Assembly (NCBI GenBank): GCA_964291215.2
Contig: OZ219790.1
Coordinates: forward strand, 1,344,001-1,408,000
Source: Alphaproteobacteria bacterium
GTDB taxonomy: Bacteria; Pseudomonadota; Alphaproteobacteria; MPNO01; UBA830
Direction: 5' to 3'
DNA length: 64,000 nt
Positions 1 through 11,294 of this stretch are shown one piece after another. The notes under the pieces are model-generated. The model had not been told where the DNA came from, ran no database searches, and worked only from the letters and a program-made list of their open reading frames with translations. The translations under genes and the position numbers were made by a program. Positions within the stretch are counted from its first letter, which is position 1. The number at the start of each line of letters is the position of its first letter.

Positions 1-2249
1 CAAGCTCTCCGAGGCCTCGGCTATGCTTTCACGATGCGTCATGGGAGGAGGCCGCCGTGGCGCACCTCCTGCAACGCCCGATGTCGACGATTTCGGATCA
101 ACAGCAAGTGGCTCCATGTCGTGGGACCCTGACGTGCAAGTTCCCGCACCGCAAGCGCGGCCGGGAGGCAAGAGATCGGCCCGTGCTACAAGGGCGTCCT
201 GGGCCTCGTACATGGCAGTGTAGCTACCAGCTGTGCGGCAGCCACCTGCTGCGCGAACTGACCTTTGTCGTCGAGGCTACCGCGCGACTGATGAAGAGCC
301 TGCTCCGCGAGGTCTGCCACAAGGTCAACAAGAGCGCATCCAAAACCCTGAACGACGCCGGGCGCAAGCGCTACCGCACCATCAGGGCGCCAGGGAACTG
401 CCCGACATCCCGACGAAAGGAAAACGTGGACGCAAACGCGCACAACCTGCACGAACGTCTCGTGAAACACGAAAACCTGCGCTTCACAGGCGACCATCGC
501 GGTAGGGAACCGGGTTACCCCCCGCACAGAACCGGACGTGCGCTGTTCGCTCCTCCCCTGACGACAAGGCGCTGGTTTGGCCACGGGCTCAGTGGGCAGC
601 GGTGAGGGTGTCTATGTCCCCGGTGAAGTCCTTTTGGGAGCGTCGCCGAAGGGCACGCAGCTGTTTGCATTGGTGTATGAACTTCTGCAGGCTGCTTCCT
701 GGAACGGCGTAGTAGCAGCCGTTGATAACTCACCACTTGGCCGTTTCGTGCCGGTTATCGTGCCACCGCCTGCGCAAGGCCTCCTTGATCCGCCGCAGGG
801 TGCCCGTTTGCGACCGACCCTGAACCTGCCTTTCCTCGTCTGTTCGCAGAAGTGCGTCATGCCGAGGAAGTCGAACGTCTTGTCCACGCTTCCGGCGGTT
901 CGCTCTGGCAAACCGACCGAACTCGATGATTTTCCGGGTGCAGTTCAAGTGGGCCAGTCTCTCCCCAAGGTCTCAGCGCCGCCCAGATGCTGAAAGCCGC
1001 ACACGAAGTCGTCCGCATAATGATCGTGTCGCCTCCAGCCATCCGCTTGCGCCAGTGGTTCTGGAACCAGTCGTACGTAGTGCAGGTTCGCAAGGCATGG
1101 CGCCGCCCCTTGCGGTGTTCCCTTGCCAGTCGGTCCCTTCCATGACGCCGGCGTCACTTGATGATCAGACCCCCCGATCCGTTTCCCGAGCATCGCAACC
1201 AGATGGTCGCGGTTGTCGAAGGGGCGTCAACGATCCAGTTGACCTTCCGCCGTTCCACCGTGACGGCGCATGATGCGCCCCGGCCGGAAGCCGTAACTAA
1301 ACCCGAGGAACTCCGTCTCGCGGCACCAGAATCACACCGCCCGCTGAAGAATCTTGTCCTCCAGCGAGGCAAGTTGCCCTCCATCCTCCTTGGGTATGTA
1401 AACCCTGGAGGCGCCCGGTACGCACCCCTGTGCACACGGGCGTGCAGGCAGTTCCACACCCTCCGCGTACGCTTGCCACACAACGCCCCGCCGCCGCGTC
1501 CTTCCTCAAGGAATGGAACGCATCGTGCAGAACGTCGACCGTCACGTGGTGGAGTAAAGACGCTCTTCCGGGTTCCTCTTCGCTACCTGCGTTCAGCCGC
1601 CTGTGACCCCCGCTTCTGCGCGCGGCGCGGGCCAACCGCATTGCCCTTCCCTCCAACAACTCCGCAGGCTCCGAAGAACCCTTGTTCGCCGCCTTCAGCG
1701 GTACTATGGCCGAATCTGACTTCTCGTTCATCATCGGCTTACGGAATTTCCTCTGCGGCCCCTCCACGACAGAGGGGCAAGACCTCCCAGGTCCCTGCCT
1801 CGGCCATGGTTCTCGGACCCCGCGGAGCCCCCCTCACCAACGCGGCTCGTTGCCTTCGGCCACGACCTCGGCACTCCGGTTTCAAAGCATCTCGTGGCTC
1901 AATAGCCTGCCGCTCCCCAACGCTTCGCCTCACGACGCATGGTTCACGGAGAAATTAGCCTCTCTCGGGACTTGCACCCGGCCACATTCCACCAGTTTGC
2001 CTGGCGCACCCGACGTCAGCTTCACCAACAATGCCGGAGAACAGAAGATCAGGATGGCAAAGCTCAAGGTGTCCGGATGCTTCCGCTCCACGCAAAAGCT
2101 TGGTGCCGGGGCTCAAGCTACCTCACCTCCATGGCCGCACTCGGCTACAATCATCACGTCGCAACCCAGATCGCCCTCGACGGAAAAGCCGCAGACATCA
2201 TCAACGAGCACTACGACCAATCAGAACCCAACTAGGGGTGAGTAGATAC
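1..2249 (+). mobile_element. Decayed IS66-family element (3' part, runs off the window start), interrupted by a group II intron
   Basis: Frameshifted IS66 transposase motifs (QLCGSHLLRELTF, AHNLHERL, FTNNAGEQKIRMAKLKVSGCFRS). Right terminal repeat ggggtgagtagatac ends at 2249. Near-identical to 45850-49710. Confidence 0.9.
496..2009 (-). mobile_element. Group II intron (probably bacterial class E) with decayed reverse transcriptase, antisense within the IS66 transposase
   Basis: Minus strand starts GTGCGCCAGG at 2009 and ends with domain V/VI-like gcacgtccggttctgtgcggggg...ccctaccgcgat at 496. RT remnants: MMNEKSDSAIVPLKAANKG, HYADDFVCGFQ, TFDFLGMTHFC. Removing it rejoins gacc|ccgacgtc with no duplication. 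Confidence 0.9.
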
Positions 2250-2254
2250 GTTTT

Positions 2255-4155
2255 GTGCATGCTGCGGGGATGCAGATTGGTCTTCGTCATTTCGATTCGC
2301 TTGCCTGGTGCGCTGCGCTCCGACGACCCGTCACGGTCTGGCCCGCGAGCTGTGCGAGCGCACCGGTTGGCAGAATTCCTGCGGCCGGCCTGTCGGCGGC
2401 GGCGTTGCCGACGCTGGCGAAGCGCTCAGGTCTTGAGCTTCCGCTGCCGTGCGACATCCGAGCGCCGGCCCCGCCGTCCCGGCCGAAGAGGTTCCCGACA
2501 CCAGGGCAGCCTGCCCGCTGGAGGATCTCGGCCCGACCTCGCCCGGACGCCGATGATCGTCGGCTCCGGGAAGCGATGATGGCGATGCACCATCCGCCGG
2601 GATGGGCGGGCAGGTGCGCTATTGGATCCGCCGCTGCGGCGGGATCGGATCCGCGACCTGGCAGCTGCGGGCGCGGGACGAGTGGATGGTCCGCCGACGC
2701 CCGCGCCGCCAACATCAGGTGCGTGATCTGCAATCATCGGTTTCTTCCCGGCGTCCGGGTCCACGGCCTCTGCGCATGGCCGCGCAGCGGGCAGCCGACG
2801 ACCGGGAAGCTCGCGGTGCGCCCGGCGGCGGCCTGCACCCATGTCCGCCCGGAGCAGCTACTGCTATCATTGCGCCGGCCGTTGCCGGGCGAGGCCGGCA
2901 CGGTGCGGGTCCTGGCTGGCGGAAGAGGCAGGACGCAGCGGCGCCCGGTCGGCGCGCTGGCGGGCGCCTGTGACGGCACCGATGCGGACTGGGCGGAGCG
3001 GGAGTATGGGCGCACGCGCTGCAGCGACGGGCGGCGGCGCATCATTGACATGGGCGAAGAACATGGGGGAGGATCTGCCGGTCATCTTTCCGGAGAAGGC
3101 GGAGCAGAAGGCCGCCTGCCGGTTGCTGTCGAACCCGAGGATATCCATGTTCTGGAATCGCATTTCGAGGCGACCGCTGCCGGACGGAGCCTTTCATCCT
3201 TGCAGAACACGACGGCGATCAACTGCACCGGACTGACGGCGGGCCTGGAGAGGATCGGCGGCAAGGGCAGCGCCGGCATCCTTGCCGGGTTGGCAGTGAC
3301 GCCGGAGGGCCGGCCTCCGGGCCTGTTCGCGGCGGCCTTCCGGAAAGAGCCCGGGGAAGACAGCCGGCGCGGGCGGGGGAGCTCGCGGCGGCCTGCCCGG
3401 ATGTGCGTGTGGCTGCGACCGCGACTTGCTCGCCTGCGCCGTGAAGGACGGAAACGCATTGCTGGTGCGCGCGAGCCGCGAAACAGTGTGTGCGAACGGG
3501 CGGCAAAGAGTGCCTTTGGAAGCATGTCGCGGCCCGCCCGCGGTCACGGAACTGACAATCCCGGCCGCCCGCGTGCGCGCAAGGAACGCATCGCCCGCCT
3601 CGAGATCCGCACGGCGGAAGTCGAGGTGACGCCGCCGGAACCGCGGTGCGGAGCCGCTGCCCATGTTTGCCGTCTCGGCGACCGACGGCGACCCCTGGCT
3701 GCTTCTGACGACCGAGCGGCCGGCCGACGCCGTGCACGCCGCGACCGGCTGGTGAGATGGAGCATCGAGACATGGTGCTGAAAACCGGGACCCGGATCAA
3801 GGACCGCCGGCTCGACAACGCCGCCGACCTTCGCAAGTGCCTCGCCTTCGACGCGGTCACCGCCGTCCATGTCCTGACCGTCCTCGTTCGCCCCGAGACC
3901 CCGGCGACCAAAGTGTTTCAGGAAGAGGACCTCGACCTTCTCTCCACGCTGCTCGAGGCGCAGGGGCACCGGAACGTCGTGCGGTCGGGCACGGCACGAC
4001 ATCAGGGCGGCAGTCATCGACATCGGGCGCCTTGTCGGCTTTCATCCCTCGCTGAGGCAGCCGCTCCCGGGAACGAAAAAGGTCTGGCAGGGTCTTGAGC
4101 GGCTGCACTGGGCCATCCAGGTCCGAGACGCTATCGGCGAGAAAAAGCGGGAATA
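2255..4155 (+). pseudogene. Decayed DUF4338 (DruA-like) domain fused to an IS4/Tn5-type transposase
   Basis: Fragments across frames: GGQVRYWIR, ATWQLRARDEW, ANIRCVICNHRFLPGVRVHGL (DUF4338-like), then DWAEREYG, EQKAACRLLSNPRIS, QNTTAIN, LAVTPEGRP, RWSIETW, LKTGTRIKDRRLD (IS4 transposase). Confidence 0.8.
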
Positions 4156-4169
4156 GGATTGCCTATACA

Positions 4170-4462
4170 AGTGCGGGACGTTGAAAGACTACGGTCCCCC
4201 GCACTGCAGCTGCTTGCGGGTCAGTTCGGCGAACTATCGCTCGACCTGGTTGATCCAGGACGCAGAGGTTGGTGTGAAGTGGACGTGCCAGTGCGTCCGC
4301 CGCGCCAGCCAGGCTTTGACCGTCGCGGTCTTGTGGGTGGCGTAGTTGTCCATGACGATGTGGATATCCAGCCCCTCGGGGACGGAGCGGTCGATCTCCT
4401 TGAGAAACTCCCTGGCCCGGTGGCGCCGGTAGCACATGCCGATCACCGAGCCCGTGACGATA
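4170..4462 (-). pseudogene. IS630-family transposase C-terminal fragment
   Basis: YRRHRAREFLKEID...IHIVMDNYATHK...HFTPTSASWINQVER motifs. Confidence 0.85.
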
Positions 4463-4506
4463 TTGTAACGTCGCGCTGTAGTTGTTCTCCATCGGAGGCG
4501 GCATAG

Positions 4507-4746
4507 ATGGCCACTGATAACTACAATTTCGTGGGTGATCCGGAACCGAACCGATGGCGCGTTTTTGCGAGCGTGTGTGGTTGGATCGTGGCCCCGTGGT
4601 TTATGATCCTACTGTGGTTTATTGGCGGCCCTGAACTTCGAAAGAATGTAGCTGATGGTTTCCGAGTGGTGGTGGGGTTGTTGGCCTTATTGTTCGTTGT
4701 TGCGGTCATAGCGGCCCCGGGAAGTGCCGTTTTCAGCGCGCCGTGA
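4507..4746 (+). CDS. Small two-TM hypothetical membrane protein (79 aa)
   Basis: ATG preceded by ggagg, two hydrophobic segments, lower GC than its neighbours. Confidence 0.5.
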   Translation: MATDNYNFVGDPEPNRWRVFASVCGWIVAPWFMILLWFIGGPELRKNVADGFRVVVGLLALLFVVAVIAAPGSAVFSAP

Positions 4747-4892
4747 GGCGATGGACCGGCCGAAGCCCGGTCAGCCCGTACGGTCGAGAAACGCGCGCGG
4801 CGACCATATCTCGACCGGCCCGTAGCGCGGTTCCGTGAAGTCCCGCTCTCACTCCCGTATGCGCCGCAGTGAGATTCGAACTTGCCTGCATG

Positions 4893-5203
4893 ATCGGGAT
4901 AGGGTGGAGCCTCACGGCTCCACCCCTCCCACACCACCGTGCATACGGGTCCGTACACAGCGGTTCGACGGATTTAAGCTGCGGCACGGCATCGCAGGGT
5001 GGCGAGGTCGAGCCTGTCGAAGAAGGCATTGGGTAGCGCGTATGCGAGCGCGGGGCTGTTGCTGAGCCGCCATGGGCCGTGGGCACTGCCGGCGGTTTTC
5101 GCCGCTAGGTCCTTGCCCACACCGAGACGGCGTAGCGCCGCAAAGCGGGTCCGCCCGCGCTTCCACTGCATCCAGACGATGGCGCGGAGCCGCCGTCTGA
5201 CCC
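4893..5203 (-). mobile_element. 3' remnant of a class C (IIC) group II intron: maturase C-terminus plus domains V/VI
   Basis: VRRRLRAIVWMQWKRGRTRFAALRRLGV...HGPWRLSNSPAL, followed by gaaccgctgtgtacggacccgtatgcacggtggtgtgggaggggtggagccgtgaggctccaccctatcccgat. Truncated by IS256. Confidence 0.85.
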
Positions 5204-5690
5204 GATTACGCAACCTGATGTCTGGAAATTGTCGTGAAGCTGATCGAGCTGTTTCCATTTGATGTATGCCTTGGTTTCGGTTTCCCATTTTTCCTCGACG
5301 AGGACTGCGGTTGAGAGACGCTCCAACGAGGCGAGGTTCGGAAAGACCCTGACTTTGGCGGTGCGCCGCTTGAGTTCTTGCTGGATCGGTCGCTCGATGC
5401 CGTTCAAGGTTCGCATACGCTTGTGGTGAGCATCGGGCAAGGTGAAGACAGCGAGCCCCGCATTGTTTTCCAGCCAGGAAGCCTGGATGCTTGTCGCGAT
5501 AGCTGGCCACGAGGGCGCCCGGTTCAGCCTCGGCGAACTGGAGTGAGGAGGCGTGGCTCCGAGCTGTTTTCCAATACGTTTCCTGATGTCGTTGTTCGGT
5601 GCACGGCGTTTTGTGCCAGGTGGAACTGGCAGCGCTGCCACATCGCCGCGCCTAGCACCGCGCCGCTTTCAGCCCGGCATCCGAGACGAT
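5204..5690 (-). mobile_element. IS256-family remnant (transposase C-terminus and right end)
   Basis: WQRCQFHLAQNA, RMRTLNGIERPIQQELKRRTAKVRVFPN. End sequence tttccagacatcaggttgcgtaatc. Confidence 0.85.
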
Positions 5691-5756
5691 GAAGGTCGTA
5701 CCATGCAGGGCTAGCCCGAAGTTCCAGAAAATTCCGGCTGAAATGCACGTCAAGTC

Positions 5757-6665
5757 GTAACTGCTCGCCCCTGCTAATCATTGATCGCCTTTTCTGATGG
5801 CGTTCGCATCCAGGAACTCGCCGCCGATCCGGTCCTCGACGCTCTTCCGTCCCGGGAGAAGCACTGGCTCGACATCCTGCGCATGATCGCCTACCGCGCC
5901 GAAACCCGGAGGATGACGGCCGCGGCGAAGGAGCAGGGCAGGAAACCGCGCCCGCGAAGACCCCTCCGCGCCCTCCTGCAGGCCACGGTGATTCCATGCT
6001 GATTCCGAGACGCGAAATCCGAATGTGTCGGGGCTCGCGTTATCACGGATCGCCCCTTGATCGCAATTTTTCGCGCCGAGAAAGTCTCATTGAGCCTTGG
6101 CGGCACGATTGCAGCGCGACGCAGACCGAAAAATCTCGCCGGTCGCCGCTGGATTAGCGGCGTGGGATCGCCGTGGCCTGCAGGCCGACGCTGAAATCCT
6201 CTCCGAACTCGAACCGGGGTCCTCCGGGTGCGCATCCCCGGATCCGCCTGCAACGCCGGCGATGCCGCCATCGTGGGGCTGCTGAAGGAATTCAACAAAA
6301 CCGGTACCTGCGTTCTCGGAACCGAACTCCGCATGGTCTACGATCTGCCTCCGAAGCCCGCCTGAGCGGCCGCCGGAGGGCCATGGTTCTTGCCTGCCAA
6401 TTCTCCCGAGGTCAGGACATCTGAAGCTGCACTGCCGAACTCCTCAGCCGGCACGATGGAACCCGCGCCGCGGGCTCGACACCGCGTTGCTGACCCGGCG
6501 CCACCGGCCGGAAAGCAAGACCGGCCGAAGACCAGAACGGTTCTTGCCCACCGGAACCCGCACCTCCGGTTCCCGGCAATGGGCCAGGGAAGGGGACAAG
6601 AAAAGATGCTTGGCCCGAACGCCGTCAGGAACGGCAATTTATGACCAGCAGGGATGAGCAGTTAC
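5757..6665. mobile_element. Internally deleted element bounded by IS66-type terminal inverted repeats, containing a fragment of an unrelated putative transposase
   Basis: gtaactgctcgcccctgct at 5757 pairs with agcagggatgagcagttac ending at 6665. Internal LDILRMIAYRAET...LLKEFNKTGT...TELRMVYDL resembles an unclassified transposase C-terminus, ending ggtcaggacatctga (6424). Confidence 0.65.
5983..6176. mobile_element. 194-bp MITE with about 19-bp TIRs and an 8-bp target duplication
   Basis: cctgcagg at 5975-5982 and 6177-6184. TIRs are ccacggtgattccatgctg and cggcgtgggatcgccgtgg. Excision restores the reading ALLQADA. Confidence 0.8.
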
Positions 6666-6830
6666 TCAATGAGTTGAATTTGAATTACGTGATATGTCTT
6701 CATGTCGAGATCAGATGTTTTCGACCCCGTGCGCCCGTTTGTCCACTTGTGAAGGCCGGGGTGCAACCATTTCGTCAATGTTCCCTATTTGTTTTATGGG
6801 GCCGTGGAACTGTCGAGCCTGCGCAGGAGA

Positions 6831-7236
6831 TCAGGGAACGCGGCGTCCGGCCACGCCATCGGCGGGTAGGGTAAGGGGAGACGCAAACGACCTTTCCGCG
6901 CTCAAGGTAACGGCGCTGGCGCACGACGACATGGCGGATCTGCGCCACAGAATGCGCATGCCCCGAACAACCGCCAAGTGTATGTCCACCTCGCCGACGA
7001 TCTGCAGCATGGCGCTTCCAGGCGAACCGCCGCGTCCCTCAAGCAGGTCATGGGCCGTAGCGCGAGCGCCGGTTTCCTCCACCCGCGCTTCGCACCTCCC
7101 GATCACTCCCCGGCCAAGCCGCGCGGCACGAACTCGCGCCAGCCGCTGGCGGCCGCCCGCCCCGGGAGACGCGCTCCCATTCCCCGTCGGTCACCATCAC
7201 CGCGCGCTGGCGCCGCCCTTCTTCTCCGCCGCTCAT
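6831..7236 (-). pseudogene. Frameshifted small hypothetical gene, possibly ribbon-helix-helix type
   Basis: MSGGEEGRRQRAVMVTDGEWERVSR start resembles RHH/MobC-like proteins. The frame is broken downstream. Confidence 0.3.
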
Positions 7237-7385
7237 GGCCGCCAGACGACCGAAACGACAGTCACATCCGGAAACACACGGCTATCCTTTCATGACACGT
7301 AACTACTTTCCCCTTGGTTTCGGCTTGCTTTGGTCGTTATTTCCCGAGAACCTTCCCGAGCGGGCCACGGTTTCGTGACAGCGGG

Positions 7386-7418
7386 TTGACACCGCAGACC
7401 GCGCCGGCTACGTAGTTT
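7386..7418 (+). promoter_or_regulatory. Candidate sigma70 promoter of the IS-borne methyltransferase
   Basis: Perfect TTGACA at 7386, also present at the equivalent position in the related elements (45071 and about 49432 on minus). The -10 match is weak. Confidence 0.35.
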
Positions 7419-7430
7419 CGTCGCTTCAGA

Positions 7431-8081
7431 CGGGGCTTCTATTTCGGATCAAAGGCGACGAACGGTCTGTGCCAGATGCTTCTGGGCCTCCAGCCCCCGC
7501 ATTGTGCTTATGTCGAAACGCACTTGGGAGGCGGGGCTCTGATGAAGCGCAAGGCCGCTGCGGCGCGCAGCATCGGGATCGACCGCGACCGGCGTGTGCT
7601 TGACGGGTTCGAGTGCAGCTACCCTGTGGAGCTTGTTCACGGCTGCGCCCACGCGTTTCTGGCCGGCTTCCCGTTCCAGGGCGCGGACCTGGTCTACAGC
7701 GACCCATCTGCGCGCGACCCGCCGATCGCGACGGCGGTACCGCCACGACTACACCGAGGCCGACCATGTCGCTCTCCTCGACCTGCTCAAGGTCCTGCCG
7801 TGCCAGGTGATGGTCTCGGGACACCCCTCGGCGCTGTATGACGACATGCTGCGGGACTGGCGCCGGATCGCGCTTCAGGTGACGACCCGGGGCCAGGTCC
7901 GCACCGAGATGGTCTGGTTCAACTTCGCGCCCGACCGGATGCACTGGGCCGGCCATGCCGGGCGGGACAGGACCGACCGCCAGCGCATCAAGCGCAAGGC
8001 CGCCCGCTGGGCTACAAGAAGATGCCGCCGGGCGAGCGCCTCGCGGTGGTCTCTGCGATCATGGCGGCGGAGGCGGAGTGA
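7431..8081 (+). pseudogene. Dam/D12-class DNA adenine methyltransferase, frameshifted
   Basis: YFGSK, YVETHLGGGALM (SAM-binding motif I), LVYSDP (the expected DPPY is cut by a small deletion near 7705), HDYTEADHVALL, VMVSG, RTEMVWFNF. Stop overlaps the transposase start (TGATG). Confidence 0.85.
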
Positions 8082-9507
8082 TGCCAACGGTGAACGGGGC
8101 ATCGCTGCGCGCGGAACTCGATGACGCGAAGGCCCGGATCACCACGCTGCGCGCGGACGGCAAGGTGTCCGAAGAGGTCGACGCCGTGATCGGGGTCCTG
8201 CTGCCGGGCATCCTGGTGGCGGTGTTCCTCGAGAAGGCCACGCCGAAGACCTCGCGCAACTCCGGCCTCCCGCCGTCGCAGACCGCGCGGCGCGCCGGCA
8301 AAGGCTCCCGCGGCAAGGGACCGAAGGCGAGGGAGACGGCATCGGGCAACCTGCGCACGGTCACCGTCATCGGGTCCAGCCCGGTCACCGAGTGCCGGCA
8401 ATGCGGCCATGACCTGTCCGCAACCGTGTGCGCCGGACACGAGGAGCGTGTCGAGATCGACATCGTCTTCGAGACCGTCGAGCGCCGGGTCGAGGCCGAG
8501 ATCAAGGACTGCCCGCGCTGCCGCGCCCGGAACAAGGGCGCGTTCCCCGACACCATGCCGGGGCCGCTCCAGTATGGACCCGGCATCGTTGCCTGTGCCG
8601 TGCACCTGCTCTGCGCGCAGATGGTCCCGTTCAAGCGCACCGCAGCCATGATCCGGGCGATGACCGGACGGCTGCTCTCCGAGGCCACGCTTCTCGGCTT
8701 CGTCTCGCGCCTGCATCAGGCGCTGGAACCATGGGAGGCCGCCACGACCGGGAAACTCCTCGCCATGCCCGTGCTGAACGTCGACGAAACCTCGCTGCGG
8801 GTGGACGGAAAGAACCACTGGATCCACGTCTGCTCCGGCGGACCGGTCACCGTCAAGCGGCTGCACCGCAAGCGCGGATGCGAGGCCATCGACGACATCG
8901 GCATCATCCCACGCTACCCAGGCGTCATCGTCCACGACTGCTGGAACTCACCTACGCACACTGCAAGCATCAGCTGTGCGGCGCCCATCTGTTGCGCGAG
9001 CTTCAGGCCGTGACCGACAGCAACGGCTGGCCGTGGGCGCAGAGAATGCGCAGGCTTATCGCGCGCCGGCAGGTCATGCGGCGGCCGGACAGGCGCCTCT
9101 CCATGCGCCAGTACAGGCGAATCGCACGATGCTACAGGGAGATCCTGGAGCAGGGCCGAAAGGAAATGCCCGAGATCCCGAAAAGAGAAAAAGGCCGCCG
9201 GGGACCGGTCGCCAAGTCCGATGCCCACAACCTTCTCGAACGCCTCGCCGCCCAGAGACGGAACGTCCTGCGCTTCTCAAGGCGGGCCGACACACCGTTC
9301 TTCAACAATCGCGCTGAACGAGACTTCCGGATGGCCAAGGTCAAGCAGAAGGTCTCCGGCTGCTTCCGAACCATCGCCTGCGCAAACGCCTGGTGCCGCA
9401 TATCAAGCTACCTCCGGACAATGGCGGCACTCGGATACAACCCGCTCGTCACCATCAACATCGCCCTTCAGGAAAAGGCCGTTGACTGTCTCAATCAACT
9501 CGAATAA
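8081..9507 (+). pseudogene. IS66-family transposase, frameshift near 8945
   Basis: KTSRNSGLPPSQT, CxxC Zn finger, QYGPGI, LNVDETSLRVDG, VHDCW, HQLCGAHLLREL, FNNRAERDFRMAKVKQKVSGCFRT. Confidence 0.92.
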
Positions 9508-9686
9508 TATCGGGGCAAGTAGTTACCTTGGACGCTGCATTCGAGGATTGGGCGAAAAGCTTGGACGACCGGGAGTGAGCCGCCCTCCAGCATTGCCCGC
9601 CGCCACCTCTTCCTGACGCGCCGTTCTGTCCGGAACCGCCTGCGCCGAGCGGATTTCTCCGACGCTGAAGCCAGAAGGGACCCGCC

Positions 9687-10244
9687 ATGACTCTCCTCGT
9701 TGCCGGACTCGCGCTTTTCATCGTCCTGCACCTGGTTCCGAGCGTTCCCCCCCTTCGCGCTGGCCTTGTCGCCGGTATGGGAGAGAAGCGGTATCGCGGC
9801 GCGTTCTCGGGCCTCGCGCTCCTGGCCCTCGTAATGATCGTGTGGGGCTATTCGGCGGCTCCGTTCGAGCCGGTCTATTCGCCTCCGGACTGGGGGCGGC
9901 AGGCAACGATGTGGCTGGTGCCGGCGGCGTTCGTGCTGTTTGCGGCGGCCAATATGCCGACGCACATCCGGTCCGTCGTCCAGCACCCCATGCTGCTCGG
10001 GCTCCTTCTCTGGGCGCTCGCCCATCTGGCAGCGAACGGCGACCTGCGCTCGCTCATGCTCTTCGGGGGCCTGGCGGGATTCTCCGTGGCGGCGGCGGTG
10101 AGCGCCGTAGCGCGCGGCAAACGGCCCCCCGCCGACAGGAAGCCGCGCCTCGCGATGGATGCGGCGGCGCTTGCGTCGGGGCTCGTCGCCGCTGCCGTCT
10201 TCGCATATTTCCACGCCGCATTGTTCGGCGTGCCGGTGCTGTAG
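9687..10244 (+). CDS. nnrU: NnrU-family membrane protein
   Basis: LLVAGLALFIVLHL, HPMLLGLLLWALAHLAANGD motifs. Confidence 0.85.
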   Translation: MTLLVAGLALFIVLHLVPSVPPLRAGLVAGMGEKRYRGAFSGLALLALVMIVWGYSAAPFEPVYSPPDWGRQATMWLVPAAFVLFAAANMPTHIRSVVQHPMLLGLLLWALAHLAANGDLRSLMLFGGLAGFSVAAAVSAVARGKRPPADRKPRLAMDAAALASGLVAAAVFAYFHAALFGVPVL

Positions 10245-10257
10245 GGCCCTTTCCGGG

Positions 10258-10815
10258 CTACCGGCCTGCCGGGCGGGTCTCCGGGCCCGAGACGCCGGCG
10301 CCCTCGAAGGTGGCCATGTCCGCATGGCAACGGGCGGCGGCCCTGAGCAGCGCGAGCGCCAGCGCCGCGCCCGACCCTTCGCCGAGGCGCATGCCGAGAT
10401 CGAGCAGCGGCGCCTTGCCCCAGAGCGCCAGCAGCCGCCCGTGCGCCGGCTCGGCGGAGAGGTGGCCGGCCTGGCAGGGGTCGAGGCCGGAGGGGTCGAG
10501 CGCGTGGAGCACGGCCGTCGCCGCCGCCGCGCCGTAGTCGTCGAGCAGCACCGGCACGCGGCCCATGCGGGCGGCCACGAGCGCGCCGAACATGGCGGCG
10601 GTCTCGAAGCCGCCGAGGCGGCGCAGCACCTCCAGCGGCGGCCGGCCGCCATGCCGGGCGGTGCCGAGCCGCACCGTTTCGACCTTGGCTTCGAGCCGCG
10701 CACCGGAAACCCCCGTTCCGGGCCCGGTCCAGTCCTCCGCCCTGCCCCCGTGCAGCGCGTGCGCAATGGCGGCGGCCGAGGTCGTGTTGGCGATACCCAT
10801 CTCGCCGAATCCCAC
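10258..10815 (-). pseudogene. cobT: Nicotinate-nucleotide--dimethylbenzimidazole phosphoribosyltransferase, C-terminal half only
   Basis: [38 protein letters not shown]. The N-terminal half is replaced by IS66 sequence. Confidence 0.9.
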
Positions 10816-11294
10816 GCTACCCAGGCGTCATCGTCCACGACTGCTGGAACTCACCTACGCACACTGCAAGCATCAGCTGTGCGGCGCCCATCTGTTGCGC
10901 GAGCTTCAGGCCGTGACCGACAGCAACGGCTGGCCGTGGGCGCAGAGAATGCGCAGGCTTATCGCGCGCCGGCAGGTCATGCGGCGGCCGGACAGGCGCC
11001 TCTCCATGCGCCAGTACAGGCGAATCGCACGATGCTACAGGGAGATCCTGGAGCAGGGCCGAAAGGAAATGCCCGAGATCCCGAAAAGAGAAAAAGGCCG
11101 CCGGGGACCGGTCGCCAAGTCCGATGCCCACAACCTTCTCGAACGCCTCGCCGCCCAGAGACGGAACGTCCTGCGCTTCTCAAGGCGGGCCGACACACCG
11201 TTCTTCAACAATCGCGCTGAACGAGACTTCCGGATGGCCAAGGTCAAGCAGAAGGTCTCCGGCTGCTTCCGAACCATCGCCTGCGCAAACGCCT
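10809..11294 (+). repeat. 486-bp direct duplicate of IS66 transposase segment 8906-9391
   Basis: Appears identical by eye (offset 1903), including the same frameshift. Confidence 0.9.

Larger units (their letters stand above)
7299..9526 (+). mobile_element. IS66-family element carrying a DNA adenine methyltransferase gene upstream of its transposase
   Basis: TIRs gtaactactttcccc (7299) and ggggcaagtagttac (ends 9526), 14/15 match. No target duplication seen. Confidence 0.9.

Noticed and set aside
496-2009. Reverse transcriptase as a retron or DGR
   Set aside because: GTGCG start, domain V/VI end and precise insertion identify a group II intron. No TR/VR pair or msr-msd was seen.
7291-9534. 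Target-site duplications for the 7299-9526, 5757-6665 and 50080-52555 elements
   Set aside because: The flanking 8-mers do not match (for example catgacac versus cttggacg), so no TSD is claimed.
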